From Candidatus Hadarchaeales archaeon (GTDB taxonomy: Archaea; Hadarchaeota; Hadarchaeia; Hadarchaeales; Hadarchaeaceae), in contig JAWBCC010000006.1 in assembly GCA_038823825.1 (NCBI GenBank), positions 2,811-34,810 of the forward strand: a DNA stretch of 32,000 nt, in the 5' to 3' direction. Numbering within the stretch: the stretch's first letter is position 1; each line of letters opens with the position of its first letter. The translations under genes and the position numbers were made by a program. The notes under the pieces are model-generated. The model ran no database searches. It saw only the letters and a program-made list of their open reading frames with translations, and was not told the DNA's origin. This document shows, piece after piece, positions 11,862 through 21,922 of the stretch.

Positions 11862-12170
11862 TTGGCATACATACTTGCAAGCAAGCTCAGATCAATACCA
11901 GTGATATCTGACCGGGGACTCCAAGTTGGAAAGGTGATCGACCTTTCTTTTGATGAAACAAGCGGAAAGATAATTTCACTCATCGTTAAACCTGTAAGTA
12001 GCGAGGCCTTTACCAACTTTCCGAAAAACGAGGATGGGACCATCTCGCTTCCGTTTACCGCTGTTGTGTCAATAAAAGATTTCGTTGTCGTCAGCGAAAA
12101 AGTCATCGGAATTCACCTGATGAAAAGCACACCAGAAAAGCCCGAGTCCTCTTCCCTACCACCCGTATAG
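11862..12170 (+). CDS. PRC-barrel domain protein
   Basis: 102 aa. SIPVISDRGLQVGKVIDLSFDETSGKIISLIVKP is a typical PRC-barrel pattern. TTG is the only start after the in-frame stop at 11844-11846. TTTATAAA box at 11824-11831. Confidence 0.7.
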   Translation: MAYILASKLRSIPVISDRGLQVGKVIDLSFDETSGKIISLIVKPVSSEAFTNFPKNEDGTISLPFTAVVSIKDFVVVSEKVIGIHLMKSTPEKPESSSLPPV

Positions 12171-12845
12171 AAGCCTACTCGCAAGAGAGGACGGAAGCGA
12201 TTCCTTCTTCATCAGAGAAATTTCTTCTTCTACGGGATACTTCACGCGCTTTATCTCCACGCGCGGATTCTCTCCTCTGAGATCGAGAACCGCAAATCCT
12301 GCGTTTGGATTTCTGTCTTTAGGATGACCGACGCTTCCCGGATTTATGACGAGTTTACCGAAAAACATCTTGAAGAATTGTAGATGTGTGTGACCAATGA
12401 TCACGATGTCGGCGTCCACATCGGCTAATATTTTTGAAAGACTTTCATTTGGCATCTCGGGGGAGACTCTACCATAGAGAGCATCACTTGGGCTGCCGTG
12501 AACTACCATGATCTTGAAACCGCCAATCTTTGTCTCTATTTTCTTTGGCAAACCTCTCAAAAACTTCATCGTTTCGTCATCGAGCTTTGCTCTCGTCCAT
12601 GCACATGCTGTTTTGAACTCTTCAGAAAGTCTTTCAAAAGAGCCTGTGATGACCGCTAAATCGCAGTCACCAAGCACGCAGGATATTTTTTTCCTTTTCA
12701 CAAGTCTTACAACCTGCTTAGGCCTGACACACATGCCAACGAGATCTCCAGCACAAAAGATTTTCTCCACTCTGGGCATCTCTCTCATCACGGCACGGAA
12801 GGCTGAGAGATTTCCATGCACATCCGCGATCAGACCTATTCTCAT
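12156..12845 (-). CDS. Metallophosphoesterase, MJ0936/YfcE-like (calcineurin-like fold)
   Basis: Metal-ligand motifs DVHGN, GDLVG, HGS and GHTH. The ATG at 12845 gives MRIGLIADVHGN. The track start at 12848 is TTG. Confidence 0.82.
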   Translation of the reverse strand: MRIGLIADVHGNLSAFRAVMREMPRVEKIFCAGDLVGMCVRPKQVVRLVKRKKISCVLGDCDLAVITGSFERLSEEFKTACAWTRAKLDDETMKFLRGLPKKIETKIGGFKIMVVHGSPSDALYGRVSPEMPNESLSKILADVDADIVIIGHTHLQFFKMFFGKLVINPGSVGHPKDRNPNAGFAVLDLRGENPRVEIKRVKYPVEEEISLMKKESLPSSLASRLLYGW

Positions 12846-12869
12846 CAACCAAAATCGTATCCAGAATCT

Positions 12870-13553
12870 TTAAAGTAAACCTGCGAGAATCGCCTCAATG
12901 ACTTCGATGACACCGTCGCCATCTGGAGAATTCGTTACACCTGTGCATATTCGCTTCACATCATCAGGCGAATCGGCCACGGCGAAGCTCTTTCCAGCAG
13001 TTTTGAGAAGTTCGATGTCGTTCGGACCGTCGGCCACGGCAACTATCTCTTCCAAGGGAATTCCAAGTGATTCTGCGACAGCTCTCAAAGCGTTTCCCTT
13101 GTTGACATGTGGCTCTTTTATATGAATGGCAAACCCAGAATCAACAACAGCAAGATTGAACCCGTGCAAGATCAGAGTTTTTCGAACGTCTTCAACTGAA
13201 ACCGTCCGCTCTATCGCTCCCCCGGCTAACCTGAAAGGAGAGCTCCTCGTTTCAACAACCCCAAGTTCCCTCTTCAAAACCTCAAGAGCTCTGTCAACCT
13301 CCTCTCGTCCCCCCAGCAATCTCATTTTCTTATTTATGAGCAAAACGCCCCCATCCTCGGCTATCAGCGGACCTGAAATTCCGATCATCGTTGCTACGGC
13401 ATCCACAAACGGAAGAACGTTGCCACTCGCCAAGCAAATTTTGAGACCTCTTTCCTCAGCTTTTCTCATCGCCTCGGCTGCTCTAAGGTTCAGTTTTCTT
13501 TGCCTATCCGTTATCGTTCCATCTATGTCTAGGACGAGAAGTCTTGCCGTCAC
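12870..13553 (-). CDS. HAD-superfamily phosphatase, archaeal phosphoglycolate-phosphatase type (HAD-IIB)
   Basis: Motif [12 protein letters not shown], then [17 protein letters not shown] and [10 protein letters not shown]. It closely resembles the Pyrococcus/Thermoplasma PGPase family as I remember it. The GTG start overlaps the radA stop (GTGA). Confidence 0.75.
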   Translation of the reverse strand: MTARLLVLDIDGTITDRQRKLNLRAAEAMRKAEERGLKICLASGNVLPFVDAVATMIGISGPLIAEDGGVLLINKKMRLLGGREEVDRALEVLKRELGVVETRSSPFRLAGGAIERTVSVEDVRKTLILHGFNLAVVDSGFAIHIKEPHVNKGNALRAVAESLGIPLEEIVAVADGPNDIELLKTAGKSFAVADSPDDVKRICTGVTNSPDGDGVIEVIEAILAGLL

Positions 13554-14500
13554 TCAGTGTCCCTTATTCCATCCTGCGTTATGGCAAAAACCACTTCTCT
13601 TTCTGGCAAACAGGGGCTATCGTATATCCTCGCTATCCTCTTTGGGTTCTTCGATTTTCTGAGGTATATCCTGGTAGTCGCGGCATGAGCTAGAATATGG
13701 CCACCCACTGGTTTGGTCGGGTCTCCAAAAAACATGCTCGGATCAGCCAAAACTTGATTCGTAACATAAACGGCGAGATCAAAGGAATCCGCCAAGTAGT
13801 GGAGATCCATTAGATGTCTGTTCAGCTTCTGTTGTCTCTCAGGCATTTTTTCTCTTCCATGATATTCCGCACGGAAAAGCGAGGTGACGGAATCAACTAC
13901 AACAAGTTTTATGTTTTCCTTCTCCGCAAACTCCTCGATCTTTTTGACCATCACCATTTGCTGATCCGTGCTGTAAACCCTTGCCACCTTTATATTCTTG
14001 AGCACGCTCGTCGGATCCAGACCGACAGCGATCGCCATATCCCTTATCCTTTCCGGCCTGAAGGTGTTTTCAGTATCGATATAAACCGCTTTCCCCCCCA
14101 AACCGCCCATTTCGCGTGGAAGTTGAACATTAACGCAGAGCTGGTGAGCGAGCTGTGTTTTTCCGGATCCAAACTCACCAAATGCCTCCGTCACGGCCTG
14201 CGTCTCCACGCCACCTCCCAAAAGCTCGTCAAGCTTCTTGCTTCCAGTTGTTATCCATCCTATCTTTTCTCTCCTCCTGAGCATATCCTCCCCAGTCATA
14301 AAGTTGTCAAAGCCAAGCACCTCCCTCGCAGCGGATATTATCTTCCGAGCAGTCGCTTCTCCGATTTCCGCGACGGAGATCAGTTCATCGACGGAAACTG
14401 TTGCCAGAGAACGTACACTCGAAAAACCGGCTGTTCTGAGTTTTTCCGCTATTGCAGGCCCGATGCCGGGCAAATCTTCCAACTTGAGATTTTCCCTCAT
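13550..14500 (-). CDS. radA: DNA repair and recombination protein RadA
   Basis: 316 aa with an N-terminal HhH ([20 protein letters not shown]), Walker [10 protein letters not shown] and Walker B LVVVDS. The ATG overlaps the rpa stop (ATGA). Confidence 0.95.
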   Translation of the reverse strand: MRENLKLEDLPGIGPAIAEKLRTAGFSSVRSLATVSVDELISVAEIGEATARKIISAAREVLGFDNFMTGEDMLRRREKIGWITTGSKKLDELLGGGVETQAVTEAFGEFGSGKTQLAHQLCVNVQLPREMGGLGGKAVYIDTENTFRPERIRDMAIAVGLDPTSVLKNIKVARVYSTDQQMVMVKKIEEFAEKENIKLVVVDSVTSLFRAEYHGREKMPERQQKLNRHLMDLHYLADSFDLAVYVTNQVLADPSMFFGDPTKPVGGHILAHAATTRIYLRKSKNPKRIARIYDSPCLPEREVVFAITQDGIRDTE

Positions 14501-16530
14501 TTCTCTTCCACCTTAAACTCTTCCCTCATCATTTTTATCTTCTGGAGTAGCGCGTCCGCTTCCTTCGTCGGCTCAACTGGAATGATTTCCCTTGCTCGGA
14601 TTTCCAGCATCCCTGAAAACACATCCTGCTTGAGAGTTCCCCGAACCACGATTTCTTTTCCTAACACCTTCTGCACCGCTTCATCCGGAGATTTCACAAT
14701 TTCCTCCAAATTTGAGCCAACCAAACGCTCCACCAGCTCGCCGAAAGTGGCAACTCTTATCACACCGGAACCGTCGTCCAAAAGAAAACCTAGAACCGCT
14801 CTCGGCTTCGGTTCTACCACCCCACAGATTGGACAGAGGTTTCCTTCTTCGGAGGTAATCGTGCGAGAGCATCTCGGGCATACATTGAAATATGGTCGTC
14901 TCGTCAAAATCTGTGCGATTGTGCCTCTTACTTCCACCTTTTCCCCAGGTTGCTGGAGTTCAGATATTTTCTTTCTCTCTTCCACCGGTAGCGCCGCTTC
15001 AACAGAGATTCCTGGCGGGTTGATTTCCATCACAGTCGTTTCACTGGTCTGAATTTCCACACCGTTCTGGAAACCTGGCACGCTGTAAACGTCTATCAGC
15101 CTTATGACATCGTTGACTCTTATATCATTCACTCTCTCCGCCAACTCGCCCCAAAGAGAAACCCTGAGAGACCCAGAATCGTCGGCTATCCTGATTGAAG
15201 CCACCTTGCCAGTTGTTCCATCACTTCGCTGAAACTCTCTCACCGGCGAAACTTCTATAACTTTACCGACGACTTCTAAACATTCCATGTTCGGTTCCAC
15301 TTCCGCGAGCTTCAATCTCACCGGTTTTATGTCTGCAACATCAACAGTGTTGATCTCTACCTTCGTTTCCTTTCCGACGTGGAGCTCTGGAAAGCCGCTT
15401 GGTCCAACCTTTGAATAAGCTTTTCTGACTAAAACCACGTCACCAACCTTGAGCGAATCTGATATCTTTACATTATCGTCCCAAAATGTCAATCTTATCG
15501 TTCCGGTCTCATCCGCTATAACAACACTCTGTATTTTTTTCAATGTGCCATCTTGCATTTTTACCTCGACCGGTCTCTGCTTCCTCTTTACTCTTCCAGC
15601 TATGTTCACGTAGGCCATTGGTCCGATCACGTCTTTTATTTTCAGTAAAGGTGGTGACACGCTCGCTAGCTTCTCACCTTCCGGCGGGTTTACTATAATT
15701 CTCGATCTCTCGTCGATACTCAGCTCTGGGGTTTTGAAAGCACCGGTTTTCACCAGAGCGTTCTCGATCCTTACCACATCCCCCGGATTGCGCTTCTCAA
15801 CTTCGTCTACCATCAAACCCCAAGCAGAAACCCTCACAACGTTTTTTCCGTCCGTGATAAAGAAGGAAACTACCTTTCCCACACTTCCGTCTTCTCTCTC
15901 AAACATTCTCACATCTGTTTTAGAGATAATTTTCCCGACGACATCTACTTCCATTCCTTCTCTGAGCTCCGAAAGGCTTACAGGAGATTCTGGAACCCAT
16001 GGAAGATTTTCAACATCGACATCGGGCGGGTCTAGCTCAAGCGATCCACCAAATCCGAGCGAGAGCTCTGGCTTTCCATCCATTCCCTGTCTGACGTAAC
16101 CATTTCTCAACCTGAGTATCCTACCTCTTCTTATCTCACCATCGAGGAGAGCATTCGCCTTCTCTCCCCAAAGAACTAACCTTACCATTCCCGTTTCATC
16201 GGCCAAGAAAACGCTTCCGATTTGTCCGCGCCTTCCATCCGAATATTCAAATTCTTTAGGAGGCAACACTCTCATGATCCTTCCCACAACCTCAACTTTC
16301 GACATCCCTGGGAGAAGATCCGAAATCTTAAGCTGAACTGGAGCCGGGGTTGACAGCCTGAAGCTAAGACCGTATTCCCTTCCAACCAAAATCGCTGCTG
16401 CCTTCAAGTTTATTATTCCTATATTCTGCTTTGTCTTCCATATTCTATCCAAGACTTCTTCCCTAGTAAGCCCACTCCTTCTGACTATCTCATCAACTAT
16501 CTCATCGAACTCCATCGGCTGTGGATCCAT
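14497..16530 (-). CDS. rpa: Replication protein A, single-chain multi-OB-fold ssDNA-binding protein with zinc ribbon
   Basis: 677 aa. There are four tandem OB-like repeats (VEVVGRI.., VDVVGKI.., NIAGRV.., EVVGKV.., each followed by DG..G.V.S..I.D..G..R...W) plus a fifth OB carrying CPRCSR..CPICG. GGAGG lies just upstream of ATG 16530. Confidence 0.88.
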   Translation of the reverse strand: MDPQPMEFDEIVDEIVRRSGLTREEVLDRIWKTKQNIGIINLKAAAILVGREYGLSFRLSTPAPVQLKISDLLPGMSKVEVVGRIMRVLPPKEFEYSDGRRGQIGSVFLADETGMVRLVLWGEKANALLDGEIRRGRILRLRNGYVRQGMDGKPELSLGFGGSLELDPPDVDVENLPWVPESPVSLSELREGMEVDVVGKIISKTDVRMFEREDGSVGKVVSFFITDGKNVVRVSAWGLMVDEVEKRNPGDVVRIENALVKTGAFKTPELSIDERSRIIVNPPEGEKLASVSPPLLKIKDVIGPMAYVNIAGRVKRKQRPVEVKMQDGTLKKIQSVVIADETGTIRLTFWDDNVKISDSLKVGDVVLVRKAYSKVGPSGFPELHVGKETKVEINTVDVADIKPVRLKLAEVEPNMECLEVVGKVIEVSPVREFQRSDGTTGKVASIRIADDSGSLRVSLWGELAERVNDIRVNDVIRLIDVYSVPGFQNGVEIQTSETTVMEINPPGISVEAALPVEERKKISELQQPGEKVEVRGTIAQILTRRPYFNVCPRCSRTITSEEGNLCPICGVVEPKPRAVLGFLLDDGSGVIRVATFGELVERLVGSNLEEIVKSPDEAVQKVLGKEIVVRGTLKQDVFSGMLEIRAREIIPVEPTKEADALLQKIKMMREEFKVEEK

Positions 16531-16597
16531 TATCCTCCCTCGATGAAAACTCCTCCCACGTAAGAAAAACCGATTTTGAAGAGGTGAAGGAATGTAA

Positions 16598-17860
16598 TCA
16601 TCCCTTCTTCAACTCCTCCAAGATTTCCTTTGCTCTATCTACCCTTATCTTCCTCTCCGCAACCATTCTCTCCGCAACGATATCCACGAGTTCCCCTTCT
16701 GCTCCAGCCATCATCGCTATGTTTCTCGCGTGGAGCTTCATGTGCCCTCTCTGTATACCTTCCGTCGCAAGAGCTCTCATAGCCGCAAGGTTATTCGCAA
16801 GTCCTACGGCCGCCATCACCTCTCCCAGTTCCCTCGCGCTTTTAACCCCAAGAATCTTTCTGCAGATTTTCGCCAAAGGATGAACTGCCGTTACTCCTCC
16901 GACTACGCCTACGGCGACGGGGAGCTCCACTTCTCCAAGCAAATCTCCATCGGAAGTTTTCGACCATCTCGAAAGAGGTCTATATCTCCCATCCATGGCA
17001 GCATAAGCGTGAGCTCCTGCCTCCAGCGCCCTAGTGTCGTTTGCCGTCGCCAGAGCAACCGCTATCACCCCATTCATTATTCCCTTGTTGTGTGTTACAC
17101 ATCTGAAGATATCTGAAACAGCGAAAGCGTACGCGTCAAGAATGGCCTCGACAACCTCCTCCCCACCGAGAGCCTCTTTAGCGAAGACCGCTTTGGCCCT
17201 TGCGAGTCTGTAGATGGCTAGATTTGAAACTATTCGAAGCCTCACCTTTCCACCTGTGATTTTTTCGAGAAGCGGAGCAACGGCCTCGCTCATCGTGTTT
17301 ATAACATTTGCTCCCATCGCATCTCTCACGTCAACGAGAAGATGTACAACCACCATCGGACCTCTTTCTGTCTGTATTTCGCGGGCCTCAAGATCAACAG
17401 CTCCCCCTCCGAGTTTCACGAGAACGGGATCCTGCTCGTTGGCTTTCTTGAGAATCTCTTCCTTTGCCGCTCGGATGTCTGCGCAGGCCTTTTTCGGATC
17501 ATTTACGTTTACAAGCTGAATCTGTCCGATCATGACGGGCTGGGTGCTTTCGGTGAAAAATCCCCCCCTCACTCTCGCCATTTTTGCAGCATTCGAAGCC
17601 GCGGCAACAACGGAGGGTTCCTCTATTGCCATCGGAACGAGATAATCTCTTCCATTTATTCTGAAGTTCGTGGCGATGCCTATCGGAAGAGGCATTATAC
17701 CCACGACGTTCTCGATCATTCTGTTTGCTTGATCGAGTGGAAGAAGACCTTCCTTCAAAATTTCTACTTCTTCTTCTGTCAAATCGGCAAACTCTTTCAC
17801 AATTTTCAGTCTTTCTTCCGGTGGCAGCTTGTAAAAACCAGGAAGTTCAGAAGTTTTCAT
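16598..17860 (-). CDS. hmgA: HMG-CoA reductase, class II (bacterial/Archaeoglobus type)
   Basis: Motifs ENVVG, VDVRDAMGAN, THNKGIMNG and EGIQRGHMKLHARN match the Pseudomonas mevalonii-type enzyme. The start was moved to ATG 17860 (MKTSELPGFYKL), because the track start at 18034 would overlap the upstream gene. Confidence 0.92.
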   Translation of the reverse strand: MKTSELPGFYKLPPEERLKIVKEFADLTEEEVEILKEGLLPLDQANRMIENVVGIMPLPIGIATNFRINGRDYLVPMAIEEPSVVAAASNAAKMARVRGGFFTESTQPVMIGQIQLVNVNDPKKACADIRAAKEEILKKANEQDPVLVKLGGGAVDLEAREIQTERGPMVVVHLLVDVRDAMGANVINTMSEAVAPLLEKITGGKVRLRIVSNLAIYRLARAKAVFAKEALGGEEVVEAILDAYAFAVSDIFRCVTHNKGIMNGVIAVALATANDTRALEAGAHAYAAMDGRYRPLSRWSKTSDGDLLGEVELPVAVGVVGGVTAVHPLAKICRKILGVKSARELGEVMAAVGLANNLAAMRALATEGIQRGHMKLHARNIAMMAGAEGELVDIVAERMVAERKIRVDRAKEILEELKKG

Positions 17861-17884
17861 CAAAGATAATTGCTTCAGTGCAGA

Positions 17885-17892
17885 TTTATAAA
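17885..17892 (-). promoter_or_regulatory. TATA box TTTATAAA for hmgA (near-leaderless start)
   Basis: A consensus-like palindromic TATA box 25-32 nt upstream of ATG 17860, in the 65-nt gap after the amidotransferase gene. Confidence 0.55.
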
Positions 17893-17925
17893 TTAACACA
17901 CGGAAGTGCTGAATCGTTACATACA

Positions 17926-18705
17926 TTATGGTGAAATTATCTGCGCTTCTCTCACACTTAAATCGGGCTCGATGATCAACATCTGGCCCAATTCTATTTT
18001 CTCCCATTTTTCTTTGGTTAACTTTTCTGAGCATACCAGCACGGCTTTCTCACCCTTTAATGATTTGCTCCGCAATAGTGCTTTAGTCTCATCCGATGTA
18101 AATTCAAACAAACCTGGCTCGGATGGGTCTCTTTTTAGGAAAAACAGCGAGTAATAATCCTCCGCATATTTTGAATATCTAAACGAGTAAAGGCGTTCTC
18201 CATCAGAGAGCAAAAAGTTCAATCCGCCGTAGCTTTTTTTCGCAACTTCCTCGATGGCTTTCTTTACTCCTTCTTCAAAATCTTCACTTTCTTCGATGCA
18301 TTGCAAAATCCAGTAGAAATAAACCTCTGAATCGGTTTTCCCTTCTATTTCTCTTTTATATTCGGAATTTAAGAGCTGGAGCAAATATTCCCTATCACAA
18401 ACCCCATTATGAGCAAACAGCCAGTTTTTATACGCAAAGGGATGCGAGTTTCTTTTCGATGGTGGAGCTCCCGATCCCTTTCTTACATGAGCAATAATGA
18501 TATGCGACATGACTTCCCTGGATAGTTTGAGAGATTTCTCACTGCGCGCGCGTATTCCTTCTTTGAAAATTTTGGGATGACCGTTTTCATACCATCCAAT
18601 TCCCCATCCGTCGGGATTACTCATTGAAAATTTCTCAACAAATTTTCCTAGCGAAAATTCGATATCCACGGGCTTGCTTGCTATTAATCCCAATAGTCTA
18701 CACAT
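17926..18705 (-). CDS. Class II (Ntn-type) glutamine amidotransferase, YafJ-like
   Basis: The start was chosen at ATG 18705, giving MCRLLG with Cys2 as the Ntn nucleophile. NSHPF and AHNG motifs are present. The track start at 18717 adds MERK. Confidence 0.78.
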   Translation of the reverse strand: MCRLLGLIASKPVDIEFSLGKFVEKFSMSNPDGWGIGWYENGHPKIFKEGIRARSEKSLKLSREVMSHIIIAHVRKGSGAPPSKRNSHPFAYKNWLFAHNGVCDREYLLQLLNSEYKREIEGKTDSEVYFYWILQCIEESEDFEEGVKKAIEEVAKKSYGGLNFLLSDGERLYSFRYSKYAEDYYSLFFLKRDPSEPGLFEFTSDETKALLRSKSLKGEKAVLVCSEKLTKEKWEKIELGQMLIIEPDLSVREAQIISP

Positions 18706-18734
18706 TTTTCTTTCCATAAGCTGTTTCGGGCGGG

Positions 18735-18747
18735 AAATTTATAATTT
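18735..18747 (-). promoter_or_regulatory. TATA-like box (AAATTATAAATTT) upstream of the amidotransferase gene
   Basis: The core TTATAAAT lies about 32 nt upstream of ATG 18705. That spacing favours 18705 over 18717 as the start. Confidence 0.45.
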
Positions 18748-18911
18748 CGCCTTGGCCTAGCGTGGGAATTCCACACCCGAGGTAATCGCGGTAATGTTAT
18801 CCGAGATTATGTCGGAGACGCTATTGATCAACACAGAAATCGGCGAGAGATCGTGGATGTTATCTTCGGAGGTTGCAGATACTGAAACACATATTATTTA
18901 TGTTAAGCTTT

Positions 18912-18927
18912 CAAAAAATGGATAAAA
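18912..18927 (-). terminator. Oligo-T tract (TTTTATCCATTTTTTG) immediately after the ileS stop
   Basis: T-rich runs on the transcribed strand directly downstream of the stop at 18929-18931, which is the archaeal intrinsic terminator style. Confidence 0.5.
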
Positions 18928-18928
18928 C

Positions 18929-21850
18929 TCAAGAAATCTTCCTCAACAAAAGTCTGACCTTCACCCCGTTAACATCCCAGTCTCTCAAATAACCTTCTTC
19001 AGAAACTTCTCCAATCCTCGAGACCTTGAGATTTCTAATTCTAACTTCTCTCTTTATGTAGTCCTGCTGGGAAACTATCGAGGCAAACTCTCTCTCCTCA
19101 TCAACACCCACCACCGCGTCCACTCTTTCCTCCATCCCGAGATTCATCTCCTTTCTCATCATCTGAAATCTTCTCACGATCTCTCTGGCGAAACCCTCAG
19201 CCTTAAGCTCTTCTGTTATCCGGATGTCCACCCCAACTCTGCCAACTTCGATTTTCTCAACAACAAGTCCCTCCGGGAATGGAATTTCTGGAGAAATCAC
19301 CTCCAGTTCCTTACAGTTGACTTGTTTCTTTAGAATTTCCTCAAGCCCGGAGATATCAACTTCTGTCTGAACGACCACCTTCTTGACTGGCCACCTCAGC
19401 TTCAATCCATTCTCTTGCCTTATCTTCGCCACGGCATCGACAAACTTCCTTACGGTCTCCATCCCCTTCTCCAGCCTCTCGTCTATCAGTCGCTCGTCGA
19501 CCGAAGGCCAAGAAAGCATGTGAACACTCGGAGGAGCTGAAGGAGAAACAGACCTAACGAGATCCGTATAGATAACTTCTACGATGTGTGGAACAAAGGG
19601 AGCGAGAAGCCTTACCAGAGTCTGAAGGGTATGATAAAGCACATAGTACATCGCTTCTTTTCCCGGATCTTCGCCTTCAATCCAAGCTCTTTCCCTCACG
19701 AGCCTGACATACCACCTGCTCAGGTCCTCGACGATGAAGTCGGAGATCCTTCTAGTGGCAACGTGGAGCTCGCACCTTTCCATTGCGGATGTTACATCCC
19801 TAACAAGAGCATTCAGCCTCGATAAGAGCCACTTGTCCTCAACCTGAAACTCAACCTTCCTCTTTCCCGGTTCAAACCTATCAAGAGACATGTAGGTCGT
19901 GGAAAAAACATGGACGTTCCAGAGGATGTTCAGCACTCTTTTCGCTTGCTCAACGCCCTTCCAGCTGAACTTGAGATCCTCCCAAGGCGGATTGACGGAA
20001 AGAACGTATAAACGCAGGGGGTCTGCCCCAAACTTCTCAAGCACTTCTTCTGGCTCTATAACGTTTCCCAGAGATTTCGACATCTTCCTACCGAACTCGT
20101 CAAGAACAAACCCGTGCATGAGAACTCTTCTGTAGGGAACATCGTCGAAAACCGCCACAGACAGAACCTGCTGGCTGTAGAACCACTTAGTCACCTGATC
20201 TTCTCCTTCAACTATGAAATCCCTTTTCCATCCATTCTCGCTTTCAGAAGCCCACGCAGCCACGCCCGAATCAAACCAAACGTCCAGAACATCCGGAATT
20301 CTCCTTGCTCTTCCCCCACACTCGCACTTCAGCTCAATCTTGTCAACAAAAGGCTTGTGAAGGTCTATTTCCGCGGAAATCTCGGAGGCCGCCCTCTTCT
20401 TCAGCTCTTCGATGCTACCGACGACTATCGTTCTTCCGCAGTTTCCGCAAATCCATATCGGAATTGGAATTCCCCAGTATCTCTGTCTGGAAATGCACCA
20501 GTCGCCTACGGATTCGACACCATTGACATACCTCATCTTCACCCAGGATGGAACCCATTCGACGCTCTCATTTTTCTCCAGAATTTCCTTTTTCAGATCT
20601 TTGACGAAGAGAAACCACTGCTCCGTCGCCCTGAATATAAGTGGAGTGTGACATCTCCAGCAGAGTGGGTAAGCGTGAACAATTCTGCCCTTTTTCATAA
20701 GAAGACCTTTTCTTTCCAAATCCCGCAGAATAACCTCATCCGCTTCCTTCACAAAAATTCCCGCATACTTTCCAGCTTCACTCGTGAATTTCCCGTCTGG
20801 GCCAACGGGACTGAAGATCGGAAGGCCGTATTCTTTTCCAATAACATAATCCTCCTCACCGTGACCAGGAGCGGTGTGAACGCATCCCGTTCCTTCCTCA
20901 AGCGTCACGTGGGGGCCGCATATAACACGATGGTGTTTCACAAACTCTTTCTGCCTCGGGACTTCCTCCAAAAGAGGATGCTCATACGGCAAACCCTCGA
21001 GCTCTTTTCCCCTCATCCTTTCCAAAATTTGATATTCTCCGAAACTCAATTCTGCTGCAACTCTATCTAGAAGCCCCTCCGCCAGAATGTAAACATTTTC
21101 ACCAACCTTCACCTTCACGTAGTCAAAGTCGGGATGGACGCAAACCGCTAGGTCGGCCGGAAGCGTCCATGGTGTTGTGGTCCAGATGAGCAAATACTCA
21201 TTCTTCCCTCCCTTCATTTTGAACCTGACGAAAATCGATGGATCTGAAACTTGCTCGTATTCTCCTCTCACCTCATGTTCAGCGAGCGCCGTTTCGCACC
21301 TCGGACACCAGTGAATAACTCTCACATCCTTTCCGATCAAGCCACGCTCATAAGCTTTCTTGAAAGTCCACCAAGCTTTCTCTATGTAGGCATTCTCAAG
21401 GGTCATGTATGGCTTATCCCAGTCCATCCAAACCCCGAGCCTCTTAAACTGCTCCGTCATTATTGAAACATGTTCAATTGCCCACTGCTTACATTTCTTA
21501 ATGAACTCTTCAACCCCGATAACCGTCTCGATATCCTTCTTCGATTTTATCCCAAGGAGTTCCTCAACCTTTACTTCGATCGGAAGACCGTGACAGTCCC
21601 AGCCCGGCTGTCTTGTAACATCAAATCCTCTCATCGTCATAAACCTCAGAATCGCATCCTTGATGATTTTGTTCCACGCAGTTCCGAGGTGAATGGATCC
21701 ACTCGCGTAAGGTGGTCCATCTAAGAAGTTCCAGACTTTCCCACCTTTTCTCGACTCCTTGATCTTGGCGTATATCCCGGCAGAACTCCACCACTCCTGT
21801 ATTTCCTTTTCAAACCTTGCAAAGTCGTAGACCGCATGGGCTGGTTTCAT
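18929..21850 (-). CDS. ileS: Isoleucyl-tRNA synthetase
   Basis: HIGH-type SIHLGTAWN, KMSKS, editing-domain WTTTPWTLP and DWCISRQRYWGIPIP. ATG 21850 is preceded by GGAAGGTG. The track start at 21856 is GTG. Confidence 0.93.
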   Translation of the reverse strand: MKPAHAVYDFARFEKEIQEWWSSAGIYAKIKESRKGGKVWNFLDGPPYASGSIHLGTAWNKIIKDAILRFMTMRGFDVTRQPGWDCHGLPIEVKVEELLGIKSKKDIETVIGVEEFIKKCKQWAIEHVSIMTEQFKRLGVWMDWDKPYMTLENAYIEKAWWTFKKAYERGLIGKDVRVIHWCPRCETALAEHEVRGEYEQVSDPSIFVRFKMKGGKNEYLLIWTTTPWTLPADLAVCVHPDFDYVKVKVGENVYILAEGLLDRVAAELSFGEYQILERMRGKELEGLPYEHPLLEEVPRQKEFVKHHRVICGPHVTLEEGTGCVHTAPGHGEEDYVIGKEYGLPIFSPVGPDGKFTSEAGKYAGIFVKEADEVILRDLERKGLLMKKGRIVHAYPLCWRCHTPLIFRATEQWFLFVKDLKKEILEKNESVEWVPSWVKMRYVNGVESVGDWCISRQRYWGIPIPIWICGNCGRTIVVGSIEELKKRAASEISAEIDLHKPFVDKIELKCECGGRARRIPDVLDVWFDSGVAAWASESENGWKRDFIVEGEDQVTKWFYSQQVLSVAVFDDVPYRRVLMHGFVLDEFGRKMSKSLGNVIEPEEVLEKFGADPLRLYVLSVNPPWEDLKFSWKGVEQAKRVLNILWNVHVFSTTYMSLDRFEPGKRKVEFQVEDKWLLSRLNALVRDVTSAMERCELHVATRRISDFIVEDLSRWYVRLVRERAWIEGEDPGKEAMYYVLYHTLQTLVRLLAPFVPHIVEVIYTDLVRSVSPSAPPSVHMLSWPSVDERLIDERLEKGMETVRKFVDAVAKIRQENGLKLRWPVKKVVVQTEVDISGLEEILKKQVNCKELEVISPEIPFPEGLVVEKIEVGRVGVDIRITEELKAEGFAREIVRRFQMMRKEMNLGMEERVDAVVGVDEEREFASIVSQQDYIKREVRIRNLKVSRIGEVSEEGYLRDWDVNGVKVRLLLRKIS

Positions 21851-21922
21851 GCTCACACCTTCCTAAACTCTTCTACCTAACAGTTTTAAGATTGAGCGTG
21901 ATTGTTTTGAATAGGTGAAGTG

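Noticed and set aside
13814-15052. 412-aa plus-strand ORF
   Set aside because: It is antisense to radA and rpa and spans their junction. Its composition is low-complexity Ser/Phe/Leu/Pro-rich. The opposite strand carries unmistakable RadA and RPA motifs.
17861-18034. 58-codon N-terminal extension of the HMG-CoA reductase ORF
   Set aside because: The extension overlaps the amidotransferase gene and covers the TTTATAAA promoter. Homology to class II HMGR begins at MKTSELPGFYKL (ATG 17860).
18706-18928. C/D-box or H/ACA sRNA, or a tRNA, in the large intergenic gap
   Set aside because: There is no RUGAUGA C box on either strand, no cloverleaf and no convincing hairpin-ACA arrangement.
20114-21070. 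318-aa plus-strand ORF, plus neighbouring short ORFs
   Set aside because: It is antisense to the isoleucyl-tRNA synthetase gene and has no recognisable motifs.
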